Shown here piece after piece: positions 41,717 to 57,104 of a stretch of 64,000 nt of DNA. The position numbers and the translations under genes were made by a program. Every line of letters starts with the position of its first letter. Within the stretch, counting starts at the first letter, position 1. The DNA lies in NCBI RefSeq assembly GCF_009914755.1, contig NC_060927.1. One strand, 5' to 3'. The DNA comes from the human T2T-CHM13v2.0 reference genome, Homo sapiens. The notes under the pieces are model-generated. The model made no database searches. It saw only the letters and a list, made by a program, of their open reading frames with translations, and was not told the origin of the DNA.

Positions 41717-41974
41717 TCAGGGAAAAAAAAAAAAAAAAAAGGAGGGGGCGCTTCATCTTGACTAACTTCCTGCATTGGTGGAGCTTGATAGAGTGGTCCT
41801 TCCCAGATCCTTCCCTGCATACAGAGCCTGTCTCTTTTCTGATTGGTCCCTAAGGCCAGATTACCTGTCCCTAATACTGAGCAGAAGCTGGTGAATGAAA
41901 CAGGAGATCCCTCAGTCAAAACAAAAGGAAAAAGAAAAATGAAACAGGAGATCCCTTCTCTACAGCCCAGATGT

Positions 41975-42140
41975 AAGTCCAGCTGTGCCCTTCACCACCT
42001 GGGTGACCCCACCTCTGTGAACATAGGTCCTCATCTGTAAAGTGTAGATAATGTTATTTCATCGGATCATTTAGGGGATTAAATAAGATAATGTACTTCG
42101 TGGTTTCTGGCTCTTAGTAAGTGCTTAATAAATGTTAGCG
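41975..42140 (+). mobile_element. MIR
   Basis: CCTCATCTGTAAAGTG...GATTAAATAAGATAATG...TAGTAAGTGCTTAATAAATGTTAG. Confidence 0.75.
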
Positions 42141-42757
42141 ATTTTTATTATCATTGTCCTTAGCCTTGAGAACAAGCCAGGGAATAGTGTCTCAGACCAG
42201 ATGCTAAGACCTAGGTAGATGGGCAATTTTCCTTGGTTTTGACAAGACAATAATTTTATCCTGTGTATTTCTCTTGACTTTTTTGATGTGAAAAGCAGAG
42301 AGGTAAAGCATTATTTGACAGATGTATGGATTCAAGCAAGAAACTGAGGTCCAATTGCAAAGAAATGGCTTGTATAACTCAGAGCCCTGTCTGAGGAAAC
42401 ACAGAGGACCCTAGAGGGCGGAGAATGAACACAGCGCAGGGGCTAGTTCCAGAGTCGCATTCTCGGTTAGTTCACTTTCAAGTGTGGGTGAGGGTCCCTT
42501 GTCAGTAGGCAGAGAATTTTTTTCCCCTGCACCAACACATACCTGCTGCCTAGTGTTTATTAAACAAAACTTTATTTTAATGTGAAATAGAATTCATGAC
42601 TTGTCCAAAATGGAGAGGCAAGGGAGCTCTTTAACAGGCTTGTTGAGCCCCTTTTCCCACCTGTTCCTGTGCCAGACTTTCCCAAAGGCTTACTTGCCAA
42701 TGGTTGCTCCTCAGATCTCAGGGCTAGCTCACTCTATAGGCTCCAAGCCAGAGTGAT

Positions 42758-42801
42758 ACCGCCGCCGCCGCTGTTGCTCCCACCAGCCAATCAGTTTCCT
42801 G
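42758..42801 (+). promoter_or_regulatory. Candidate intronic promoter or enhancer core: (GCC)n, NF-Y CCAAT box AGCCAATCAG (42785-42794), adjacent TTTCCTG ETS-like site
   Basis: Motif matches only, inside ~1.2 kb of repeat-free sequence. Confidence 0.35.
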
Positions 42802-43383
42802 CTGTAAGGATGTAACTTGCTGTGAAGCTTTCACCTTCCTCCTTTCTTCCTGTCTTCAATGTTGTATGTCTTTGTCCTGGTGCTTTTGCCATACAGCCAG
42901 TGTTTCAAAGAAAATTTTCAGGCACTAAAGTTATAGCCCTTACTACCTTTCCAAGGAGATGTGAGATAGCTGTGGAAAAGAAGAGGGCTCCTCTGCCTCT
43001 GTGCAGAAGGAACAGTTTACTTCTTGATAGTGTGCTAGCTCCTGAGCTAGGTGGGGGACTTGCTGGGATTCAAGAGAGTGCATTACCTGACCTCTGGACA
43101 AGTAGACTGGGCATAGCCTGCCCAAGGACAGCACCCTAACCTGCAGGAACCAAGGCCGAAGACTGATTTCACCTTCTCGTACTCCCCTTTCCTAAGCTAA
43201 AGCTTGCTCTGTAACACTGCCCCAGGTCTGTGGCTTAAAACAGCCATTTCCTTTCACCAGTGAATTAAGCTCACTCTTTATAAAATGTTTCAGCTTGGGG
43301 ATTGGAAAGGCTCTCTGTGCCTTTCTGTCTCTGTCTGTTTCTCCAAGGGTTGATGTTGATGGCTTCTGTCTTTGTCTTTACAG

Positions 43384-43458
43384 GGAACTCTAATGATCCA
43401 GGACAAAGAAGTTACCCTGGAGTATGTATCAAGCCTGGATTTTTGGTACTGCAAACGA
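43384..43458 (+). CDS. RBM6: RBM6 exon (~7), 75 nt, phase 0/0: GTLMIQDKEVTLEYVSSLDFWYCKR (end of RRM1, start of RanBP2-type ZnF)
   Basis: Acceptor gtctttgtctttacAG, donor CGA|GTAAGT, open frame. Confidence 0.95.
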
Positions 43459-43933
43459 GTAAGTACCAAGAATCCCTTTCTTTAGAAGTAAGTATCTGGA
43501 ATAACAGCTCCTCCATATCTCTAGGAAGGCTGCCTGCTAACATGCATTCCCAAGGACAAAGCTCTTCTTCCTCAGGTCACTTCAGTTGAACAGGAGGAGG
43601 TCAAGACAAGGTCATTCATAATTTCTCCTTCCCAGCTGCTACATGTGGCCATAGAGAGTTCTGGACCTGCAATTGGAGACACTTTCCCAAGGACATGTGC
43701 CATTATTTCTATCAGTTATAAAAATAACAGTTCCTTGACATATAATATCTTCTCACCTCTCCTGGGGGTGGTCATAAAGGAATTCTTGGTTGGAAAAGTA
43801 GGTTTGGAGAGACTAGTTCTTTGGGAGTCGTACATTTTTTGGATATTCTTGGGTTTCCAAGGGTATAGAACTTCAGACACCATGGCATTTTACCTCTATT
43901 AAACTCCATATTCTCTTAGAGTGGGATATTTAA

Positions 43934-44215
<282 letters not shown>

Positions 44216-44224
44216 TAGGCATGA

Positions 44225-44422
<198 letters not shown>

Positions 44423-44864
44423 TAGTTTTTAGTAGAGATGGGGTTTCACCATCTTGGCCAGGCTGGTCTTGAACTCCTGACCTCATTATCCACCCACCTC
44501 GGCCTCCCAAAGTATTGAGATTACAGGCTTGAGCCACGGCACCCAGCCGGCTATACTCTTTAAAGGTCCAGTTTGATTGCAGTGAGCATGAAAATATAAT
44601 TTGTTTTCATTGCTACTACTTAGTATCAAAAATAATTATGAAAAATATATAAAGTTTCTGAGCCCCGACACACTAAAAATGTTACAGTACTTGAAAAAAT
44701 TTAGTAAAGACTTTAGCTTGACATTTGTTAGTCTCGGTAGAATTGACATTGTGTTAGTCTCGGTAGAATACAACTTGAAGAGCTATGATTGTTATTAGCC
44801 AAAGTACTCATATTTCATGGATATACTCCCTTATGGTGTCATTTTAGGAAGATATTTCGTTTCC

Positions 44865-46165
44865 TTTTATTGAGATAAAATACATGTAACATTACATTTG
44901 CCATTTTAACCATTTTGAAGCATTAATTCAGTGACATTAAGTACCTTCACAATGTTGTGCAGCTATCAACACTACTTCCTAGAACTTCTTTTTTTTTTTT
45001 TTTTAAATAAGAGATGGGATCTCACTATGTTGCCCAGGCTGGTCTCACAGTCCCTGGCTCAAGTCATCCTCTCACCTCAACCTCCCAAATAGCTGGGACT
45101 ATAGGTGCCATCATGTCCAGGTTAGTTCCAGAAATTTTTTTTTTCTGTCTTTTTTTTGAGACAGGATCTCACTCTTGTTTCTCAAGCTGGAGTACAGTGA
45201 TGTGATCATGGCTCACTGTACCCTTGACCTCCTGTGCTCAAGCGATCCTCTCACCTTGGCCTCCCGAAGTTCTGGGATTACAGGTGTGAGCTGCCATATC
45301 TAGCCTCAGATCTTTTTTAAACCCTCAAAAGGAAACCTCTTATCATTAATCAGTAACTTCCCACTTCTTCTTCCCCCAGTCCCCAGAAACCATTAATCTT
45401 TTTTCTATCTCCATGGATTTGCCTATTCCGGATATTTCATATAAATGGAATCAAAATATGTAAACTTTTCTGTTGGCCTTTCACCTAGCATGTTTTCAGA
45501 GTTCATGTATGTTGCAGTATTTATCAGTACCTCATTTCTTTTTGTGGCTAAATAATATGAATATATCACATTTTGTTCATCCATTCCTCAATTGATGGAC
45601 ATTTGGGTTGTTTCTACCCTGACTTTGGTGAATAATAGAACCTTTGTGTGCTAGTTTTTGTTTGAACAGCTGTTTTCAGTTATTTGGGGGTATGTATCCA
45701 GGAGTGGAATTGCTGAGTCATATGGTAATTTTATATTTAACTCTTTGAGGAACCATCAAACTGTATTTCTTTTATTTTATTAGCAAACCTTTTCATAGAC
45801 CACAGCTGTACCATTTTATATTCCAGCAATATGTAAGGGCTTCATTTCTCCACCTGCTTGCCAACATTTGTTCTTTTCCCTTTATTTGATAATAGCCATC
45901 CTAATGGGTATGAAATAATATCTCATTGTGGTTTTGATTTGCATTTTCCTAATGACTTTGAGGGTTTTTTTTCATGTGTTTGTTGGCCATTTGTATACCT
46001 CCTTTGGAGAAATGTTCAACCAAGTCCTCTGCCCTTTGGAATTGATTTGCATGTATTTTTGTTGTTGAGTTATAAGAGTACTTTATATTTTCTGGATATT
46101 AATCCCTTATCAGATATATGATTTATAAATATTTTCTATGTGTTATCTTTCACTTTCTTGAGAGT
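44865..46165 (-). mobile_element. L1MB-like 3' fragment interrupted by an Alu
   Basis: GGATTTGCCTATTCCGGATATTTCATATAAATGGAATC...CTCATTGTGGTTTTGATTTGCATTT. Confidence 0.85.
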
Positions 46166-46619
46166 ATCCTTTCTAAAGAAAAAAAAAGAGAGAGAGAGAG
46201 ATAAGGTGTGGCTCATGGCTGTAATCCCAACACTTTGGGAGGCTAAAGTGGGCAGATCACTTGAGCCCAGGAGTTCGAGACCAGCCTGGGCAACATGGCA
46301 AAACCCCATCTCTACAAAAAATACAAAATTTAACTGGGTGTGGTGGTGCATGCCTATGATCGCGGCTACTAAGCAGGCTGAGGTGGGAGGATCACCTGAG
46401 CCCAGGAGGTCGAGGCATCAGTGAGCTATGATAGTGCCACTGTACTTCAGTACTCCATCCTGGGTGACAGAGCAAGACCTTGTCTCAAAATTTTTTTTAG
46501 CTGGGTGTGGTGGCTCACGCCTATAATCCCAGCACTTTGGGAGGCCGAGGCAGGCGGATCATCTGAGGTCGGGAGTTGGAGATCAGCCTGACCAACATGG
46601 AGAAACCCCATCTCTATTA

Positions 46620-46778
<159 letters not shown>

Positions 46779-46849
46779 TCAAAAACAAAAAAGAAAAATT
46801 TTAAGTTTATTATGTACCTATTAAAATTTTTTTGTAATTAAAACAAATG

Positions 46850-47411
<562 letters not shown>

Positions 47412-47749
47412 TAGGCTGGTCTTGAACTCCTGGCCCGAAATGATCCAACTTCCTCGGCCTCCCAAAGTACTGGGATTACTGGCATGAGCCATCATGCCAG
47501 GCCTGTTTTATGCTATTTAAATTATACCTACTAAGGTTAGGATCCTAACTGCCACTCACTAACTGAAGTGTCACATACTTTATTCGTTGGCATGTATATA
47601 CTCAGTTGTCCCAGCACCATTTGTTGAAGAGACTATTCTTTCCCCATTGGCACTTTCCCCATTGTTAGAAATCAGTTGACCATAATCTATAGGTTTATTC
47701 CTAGATTCTCAGTTTTATTCTGTTGATCTATATGTTTACAAATAGCACC

Positions 47750-48120
47750 AGTTACCACAGCAGCTCTCCTGTAGTAACAACTCTCCAATCCCAGTAGCTT
47801 AAAACAGCAAGCATATTCTTCACTCACATTACATGTCAGGGACTATGGGTTGTTTGCTACAGTTCTGTTCCACGTGGCTTCTCATCCCAGGACCCAGGCG
47901 GAAGAAACAGTCTCAATATGGGGCAGTGTCCCTCTGGCTAAGGGAGAGAGAGGTTCATTCACGCAAGCAGTGGCTCCTAAGGCTTCTCTTAGACCTAGTG
48001 TAGGTCATGTTCACTCATGTTTTATTGGTGAAAGCAAGGAAGGCACATGGCCAAGGCTGACAATGGAGAGAGGAAGTATACTCACCCTGTGGGAAGGCAT
48101 AACAGCCATTTGGCAGTGGG
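47750..48120 (-). mobile_element. MLT1 (H/I/J-like) MaLR LTR
   Basis: GTAACAACTCTCCAATCCCAGTAGCTTAAAACAGCAA...CACATGGCCAAG...GGAAGTATACTC. Confidence 0.65.
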
Positions 48121-48123
48121 CAG

Positions 48124-48126
<3 letters not shown>

Positions 48127-48178
<52 letters not shown>
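48127..48178. repeat. (TG)26 microsatellite
   Basis: Perfect dinucleotide run. Confidence 0.98.
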
Positions 48179-48181
<3 letters not shown>

Positions 48182-48229
48182 ATAATCTGTTTATAGGGAA
48201 GGGAACAATGAAATAACTGACTGTAGTGA

Positions 48230-48380
48230 TCTTCCTCAAGTGAGTTAACCTCTCTAGGCCTCAGTTTCCTCATCTACAAAATGAGGAGATAAGAGTACCC
48301 ATTTCATGAAGTTTATTGGGGTTGTCAGGATCAATAAGTGATGACATATACAGTAGGCCAAATACATGGTATGTACTATT
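48230..48380 (+). mobile_element. MIR
   Basis: TTAACCTCTCTAGGCCTCAGTTTCCTCATCTACAAAATGAGGA. Confidence 0.85.
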
Positions 48381-48513
48381 TAAGAATTAGCCGGCTGGGC
48401 GCAGTGACTCACACCTATAATCCCAGCAATTTGGGAGGCCGAGGCGGGCAGATCACCTGAGGTCGGGAGTTCGAGACCAGCCTGACCAACATGGAGAAAC
48501 CCTGCCTCTACTA

Positions 48514-48672
<159 letters not shown>

Positions 48673-49477
48673 TCAAAAGAAAAAAAAAAAAAGAATTAGC
48701 CACTGCTACTATTGTTATTGTTTTCTCCTCAACTCCATCTGGCAGACCTTTACTCGCCCTATAAGGCCCTCCTCAAATACCATCCTCTTTATAGTTCTTA
48801 CTCTTTTATTTCCTGCCAACCAAGTTTCTGCCCCCATGGCATTTGGAAGCTCAGTGGCAAAAGTTCAGGGATTTCGGGGTTGGGCAGTGTGCTTGACTTT
48901 TTGTTCACATGTTCAGACAAAAATAATTACATTCACATTAAAAATGTCTCTTACCTTATTCTGGGCTAGTGAATGTTCCCTTTCAATGTCTTTTAGATAG
49001 CTGCCAGAGACACTATCTGTATCTCTTCCTCCTACCTTGTACCTCATTATCAGTGTTTGAGAAAGGAGTTGATAACTGAATTCTCAGTTCTAGCCAAATG
49101 TGAATGGGGATCTCATAGTCAGTTCAGGCCCAAGTTTTGGGTGCAGACTGTAAATGGCTTTGGGACAATAATATTCTATAAACCATGTAACAGTAGTTTT
49201 CTAGGCATATTTCCTATAGGAATCTTTATCCAGGGCAAAGGCATTTGGGCTGCACCAAAGTCCCAGATGCCTTGTTATAAGGTAGCTCTCAAACAGTAGC
49301 TCATCAGATCCCATCTGCCAGCTCTAATCAGTGGGGAATATCAGATTCTTTTTTTAAGCTTTGAGGGGATCTGGGATATGGCTTGTTTCTTTCATTTTTG
49401 GGGGGTTTCACTTTGTTAGATATACATAAGATTTTTAAAAATGTTTTCAGTCAAATTGATTTCCTTCTTCCTTACAG

Positions 49478-49538
49478 TGTAAGGCAAACATTGGTGGGCA
49501 CCGATCTTCCTGTTCATTCTGCAAGAACCCAAGAGAAG
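49478..49538 (+). CDS. RBM6: RBM6 exon (~8), 61 nt, phase 0/1: CKANIGGHRSSCSFCKNPRE (rest of RanBP2-type ZnF)
   Basis: Acceptor ttccttcttccttacAG, donor AAG|GTGAGT; completes W-x-C-x2-C-x10-C-x2-C. Confidence 0.95.
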
Positions 49539-49613
49539 GTGAGTGGCGAAAGTGGTAGCAGTTTTTATCTCGTGCATTGAGCAAAACAAATTTCATGTTT
49601 TCCTTGGCTTTGA

Positions 49614-49772
<159 letters not shown>

Positions 49773-49988
49773 TGATTAGCTGGGATTCCAGGCATGTGCC
49801 ACCACGCCCTGTAGCCCGGCTAATTTTTTTGTATTTTTAGTAGAGACGGGGTTTCACCATGTTGGTCAGGCTGGCCTTGAACTCCTGACCTTGTGACCCG
49901 ACCCACCTTGGCCTCCCATAGTGCTGGGATTACAGGTGTGAATCACTGCACAAGGCCTGCAAACCTTTATTTATTTATTTATTTTTGA

Positions 49989-50201
<213 letters not shown>

Positions 50202-50293
50202 TGATCTGTCTGCCTCAGCCTCCCAAAGTGCTGCGATTACAGGCGTGAACCACCACGACCGGCCCAAACCTTTCAAAAGTGCAATTTGAGCTA

Positions 50294-50479
<186 letters not shown>

Positions 50480-51420
50480 CTAGAATCGCTTGAACCCAGG
50501 AGTCAGAGGTTGCAGTGAGCTGAGATCTCGCCACTGCACTCCAGCCTAGGCAACAGAGTGAGAAAAAAAAAATTGCAGTTTGGTGCCCAACTTAACGTAA
50601 CCTGTTAGTAAATGATTTCAGATCTTATTTTCACCAGAGGAAAGAGATAGGGTTGTGGGCTCCTAGGCTAAAGTGGCTAAGTGGGCAGCTGAGCAGAGGT
50701 CAGTATATTGTTATTTGGAATACATTTAAGGATTAAGGATGTTAGGTTGAAAAAGAGTCTTTATGACATCAGTCTGTGTGGCAAACCTTTCTCCCACTCC
50801 TACTTCTTTGAAGTTATTGGGAATCATTTGCTCTATTGTTTTCTCTTTTACATTCTGTAAGCATTTCGGGATTTTCAAGAGAAAAACATTTGTTAAAATA
50901 ACAGTAAAAACATAAATAGGAGAAAATAATCAGGATGTGGGGAACATTTTATTATTTTAGAGGAATAAAACTACCAGCTTCTCAAGCACTTATCTTTAAT
51001 GTAAATTTCTTTAGAGAAATTTCAGGTAGGCAACTTCGAAGAGTCAGACACATGCATCCATAACAACAGTCCTGTAGTCATCCCTTAAGGAAAGCCACAG
51101 CATGACCATAAAATATAGTTCAGTGCAGGGATTCAGGTAGCCTTCTGTTTGTTGCAAGGTTAGAGTTTAATGTGCCTACAAGGAGTTTCTTAGGTGGGCT
51201 TTTGTCCTCTTGTGGAGATTTTACTCTGGTGAAGACTGAAAGGCAGGTGTTCTGAAAATCTTTAGGGGAAGGCTGTGTATGTTCTAGAAACCAAACCAAA
51301 ATGTGGGAAGGAGGATGAACAACTGAGATTTTTGCTTGTTAGGTCACTTCAGGTTAGGCAAAGTTGTGTTTTTTTCCCCCCACAAGAAACACTTTTTTTC
51401 AAAGCTATTCCAGCAAATGA

Positions 51421-51642
<222 letters not shown>

Positions 51643-52377
51643 TAGCCAGGATGGTCTCGATCTCCTGACCTCGTGATCTGCCCGCCTCAGTCTCCCAATG
51701 TGCTGGGATTACAGGCGTGAGCCACCGCTCCCGGCCATGAATAGATAGTGTATGAAAACCACTGGGCACCATACCACTAAGATGAGACAGCTTTAATCTG
51801 GAAACCTGTCACTGCTATTATGTAATCTCTATATTGCTCTCATATAATACCTCTTTTTGAGCCACATGGATTCCAGTGAACCCTCCAAGAATGAATTAGT
51901 TACAAGAATGTGCCCCTAATTATAAAACAAACTATAAAGACAAATTATCCTGCTGTAGTAGGACATTTGAAATAAATCATTTATATTTTGAAGGACGTCT
52001 GCCCATTATGTTTATTTGCATATAAAGGAGCTACGTGCAGATAGGGTCTGTTCCTAGCTTCACTGGAGGAGGGCCTGTGGTCTTACAGGATATGAGTAGC
52101 TGTTTGAGCACTGTAACACTGGAAGAAGCAAGGCTTCTAGATGTGTGTTTGGGATATGTGTTTCTACTAAACCTTAAGTAAGGGCCATATCTTCGGTAAT
52201 TTTGTCCCCAGATGTGTTGTTATCATTGATTATGATAGTCAGGTTCAAGGTGTCATGAAGGATTTGTTATATTTAAATGTTTAGTAGGTGATATAGAGAT
52301 TTCATAAGATTACATTTTTTAAATGCTTGGATAGTTTCTTCTGTGAACTATTTCATGTCCTGTCTCAGCTTCACTTA

Positions 52378-53146
<769 letters not shown>

Positions 53147-53544
53147 GTAAGTAGTTTGTCAGGGCACATACCAGACTGTGATCATCACAATGGAGCATAG
53201 ATGGCCAATGTTATGTCCGGGAGCTATCTGCTTTCCAGTACCCTGAGAGATCTGTGCATGACCTGATGACAGAGGCCATTGCTGTCTGTGGACCTTCCTG
53301 TACTGCTTAAAGGAATCTATGCCCTTCAAATAGTAAATTGCTATATGAATGCAGTAAGGCATGATTTTAGATTTCTAAGTATTGGTGAAGAAAAGTATGC
53401 AGTATTTATTTGTTTAGCATTTTTTTACAGAACCAGCCTTGCTAGTAGCATCTATAGTAAAAAATGACAGTCAGATTCTTGGGACTTCAAAAATTTATCT
53501 TTCTCTCCCTTGTGTTGCCCTTCTCCCATTTATGGTTGATTCAG

Positions 53545-53705
53545 CTATCATGCTAAAGCGTATCTATCGTTCCACACCACCTGAGGTGATAGTGGAAGTG
53601 CTGGAGCCCTATGTCCGCCTTACTACTGCCAACGTCCGTATCATCAAGAACAGAACAGGCCCTATGGGGCATACCTATGGCTTTATTGACCTCGACTCCC
53701 ATGCG
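53545..53705 (+). CDS. RBM6: RBM6 exon (~10), 161 nt, phase 1/0: RRM2 N-terminal part TIMLKRIYRSTPPEVIVEVLEPYV...HTYGFIDLDSHA
   Basis: Acceptor ggttgattcAG, donor GCG|GTGAGT; RNP2-like IMLKRI and RNP1-like TYGFIDL. Confidence 0.95.
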
Positions 53706-53838
53706 GTGAGTTTCCTCCACCTTGGATTGGCCTAGAGACAGATGGCTAAAGAACCTTCAAGAAGGTTTGACTGGGGGCCGGGCCTGGTGGCTTACGCCTG
53801 TAATCCCAGCACTTTGGGAGGCCGAGGTGGGTGGATCA

Positions 53839-54112
<274 letters not shown>

Positions 54113-54791
54113 CTACCTGATATCATAATCCCTCTTGCTCTCTCCTTTGGGTTTATTGTTCATTCAGGTCAGGTGACAGCCCTCAAAAGTTAGGATCCCG
54201 TCTGGTTTTCTAGGTTCATTTTTTTCTTGTGTCATTTACTGTTTCCAACTTACTCGCTTGTGAAGAATCTGAGTACTGAATCCTTCATGATTTTAGTGAA
54301 CTTTCTGATTTATTTTGTCCAGCCACAGATGGTTTTATATTTGATGATAAAACATTTCCTCTTTTTCCTCAAAGTATTTATAGATTCCTGTGGCTTAAAT
54401 TTTTAGTTGCGGGGCCTTTTTCTATGGAAGTAAGGTGAAGATAATGAAAGTCATTGGTATTTCTTAGATTTTTCATGCTCAAAAGTCACAAGGGACTTTG
54501 TAAACTGAATCTGATTGATGATAATTGCAACCTAAAAGAAGAGGATTTGAATTTCTGAAGTTTATGCCAGAACTGACATCTATTCTGATTCCTGTTCCAA
54601 TCAGTCCTTCATTAAAAGTTGCCTGTTTCTGCCAGTATGCTCTTACTGTTAAAATTTTGACAGAATATAATGTAGTAAATTTATCCTCTGAGAAGGAAAA
54701 TCCACGTTCACTTCTCTTTCAAAGGAGAATTTTTCTGTCTTTGGGTTCTGGCATTTTCTGTCTCTGGGTTCAAGTGTGTCTGGTTCTATAG

Positions 54792-54889
54792 GAAGCTCTT
54801 CGTGTGGTGAAGATCTTACAGAACCTTGATCCGCCATTTAGCATTGATGGGAAGATGGTAGCTGTAAACCTGGCCACTGGAAAACGAAG
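54792..54889 (+). CDS. RBM6: RBM6 exon (~11), 98 nt, phase 0/2: EALRVVKILQNLDPPFSIDGKMVAVNLATGKR (RRM2 C-terminal part)
   Basis: Acceptor ggttctatAG, donor AAG|GTAAGG. Confidence 0.95.
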
Positions 54890-55137
54890 GTAAGGCAGAA
54901 GGGTGAGGATCTCTTGTGCTGCCCCCACTTGTGTTTTTGAGAGGAAACTCCTTTTCCTGGCTGGAAAAACAGTAAAGCATGATGTTTTCCTAACATGGAC
55001 TGCTTCAGATAGGTGTTTATTACAGTTTCTTTCTGAAGCCTGACTTGTCCTGACTCTCGAATTGTTTTCTTTCTTGAATAATACTAGGTACTTTTGTCCT
55101 TTCCCTTTTGACTGTCTGGTATCTTTGGGTCCCAAAT

Positions 55138-55315
55138 GGCCTGGCGTGGTAGCACATATCTCTATTCCAAGCTACTAAAGAGGCTGAGGCGAGATGGGGA
55201 GCGGGTTACATGAGCCCAGGAGTTCTAGGCCATAGTGTGCAATGAAGATGCCTGTGAATAACCACTGTACTCTACCCTGGGCAACACAGCAAGACCCTAT
55301 CTCTTAACAAAAAAA
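55138..55315 (+). mobile_element. FAM (fossil Alu monomer)
   Basis: Single monomer with GCCTGTGAATAACCACTG, the FAM-specific segment. Confidence 0.8.
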
Positions 55316-55671
55316 TGATGGTACAGTTTTGGATGTGCAGACACATGTCAATACATTCTTGCCCCTTGCAATCCTAGGAAAATGCTGTCCTGGCTTTTCC
55401 TTCCCCTGACCTTGTGCATATTTCCATAGCACTGGGAAATCTAATTTCTCTTTCCTCCTTCACTCATCTTGACCCAGGAGTGGTAACTTGGAAATGGCCA
55501 TGTCAGAGAAACAGGCTTACCAATATGGGGCATATCTTGCTCTAGCACCCTCCACTTAATGGCTGTTTTGCTCCACCACTTGGCTTTGTAAGAGTCTTAC
55601 TGCTCATTGGGCAGGCGTGGTGGCTCACGCCTGTAATCTCAGCACCTGGGGAGGCCGAGGCGGGCAGATCA

Positions 55672-55974
<303 letters not shown>

Positions 55975-56098
55975 CTAGGTTGGTTCCTTTCCCTGCAAAA
56001 TGAGGAACAGAGGATTTCTCGATAGGAACTGTAGGATTAAGTACTCGTCAAATGCCACTTGGTAGCAGCCTTAAGAATTGTTGTGTTATCTGTTGCAG

Positions 56099-56141
56099 AA
56101 ATGATTCTGGGGACCATTCTGACCACATGCATTACTATCAG
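56099..56141 (+). CDS. RBM6: RBM6 exon (~12), 43 nt, phase 2/0: (R)NDSGDHSDHMHYYQ
   Basis: Acceptor ttatctgttgcAG, donor CAG|GTAGGC; phases match neighbours. Confidence 0.92.
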
Positions 56142-56282
56142 GTAGGCTGTAACAGGTGGGGAGTGCTCTATTAAAATCCTCAGGTGACTATAAGGGTGAT
56201 CTTGAATTTTCTTTAGTGGGTGACTGTTAAGGTGAATGACCATTGGATAGTTCTGTAATTTTAACTTGCCTTTCTGTGATAG

Positions 56283-56364
56283 GGTAAAAAATATTTCCGA
56301 GATAGGAGGGGAGGTGGCAGAAATTCAGACTGGTCTTCAGATACAAATCGACAAGGACAACAGT
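56283..56364 (+). CDS. RBM6: RBM6 exon (~13), 82 nt, phase 0/1: GKKYFRDRRGGGRNSDWSSDTNRQGQQ
   Basis: Acceptor cttgcctttctgtgatAG, donor AGT|GTAAGT. Confidence 0.92.
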
Positions 56365-56604
56365 GTAAGTAACCTTTGTTTTATTTCTGTTGCTCTTTTT
56401 TGCTTGACTTGCTACTCATTACTTGACATCTGTGTGATCACAGTTGGCAAGATACACTGTTGACTGAGGGTGCTCATCCAGAGAGAGGCATCTGTAGATG
56501 CACCTATTTGTGTTGGTCACCCTAATTCTTGGGTTCTTGATGAGTCTCCAGTAAGGGCTTCATTGGACAGAGACTAACATTGGCTCTGATCTTGTTACCT
56601 TTAG

Positions 56605-56690
56605 CATCATCTGACTGCTACATATATGATTCTGCTACTGGCTACTATTATGACCCCTTGGCAGGAACTTATTATGACCCCAATACCCAG
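56605..56690 (+). CDS. RBM6: RBM6 exon (~14), 86 nt, phase 1/0: OCRE repeats SSSDCYIYDSATGYYYDPLAGTYYDPNTQ
   Basis: Acceptor cttgttacctttAG, donor CAG|GTGAGT; aromatic octamer repeats. Confidence 0.95.
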
Positions 56691-57104
56691 GTGAGTTTGG
56701 GGCTTTTTTTTTTTTTTTTTTTTTTTTACCTCTGTCAATGATTCTTTTGAGAAAAGCACCCATAATTTGCTACTTGAGGATTTTATTCCCTGGATTCTCT
56801 GGATGCTCATTGCATGAAAAGTGGAAAAGTTTAGATCTATGGAAACAGAACTGTTGCCTATATGGAAAATCAGTGCCTTGTGGCAATACAGGTAAGAACA
56901 GTGTTGCTCTTGAAAAAGTGGACAGTGGGTGGTCTGAATGTGTCCTGGTCCCTGGAGTGGGTTTTTAGATTGATGTGGACTCTTCTTAGACTTGTAAGTA
57001 AAAAAGTTGTTTCTTCCCCTAAAAGGGAACTGTGCGCCTTAGACCTGGAATTGCTGGGAAACTGAAACATTCTGTAGACTTACTTGTTTCCAACTGTATC
57101 GCAG

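Noticed and set aside
55138-55315. Possible 7SL RNA gene
   Set aside because: Lacks the S domain; matches a decayed FAM monomer.
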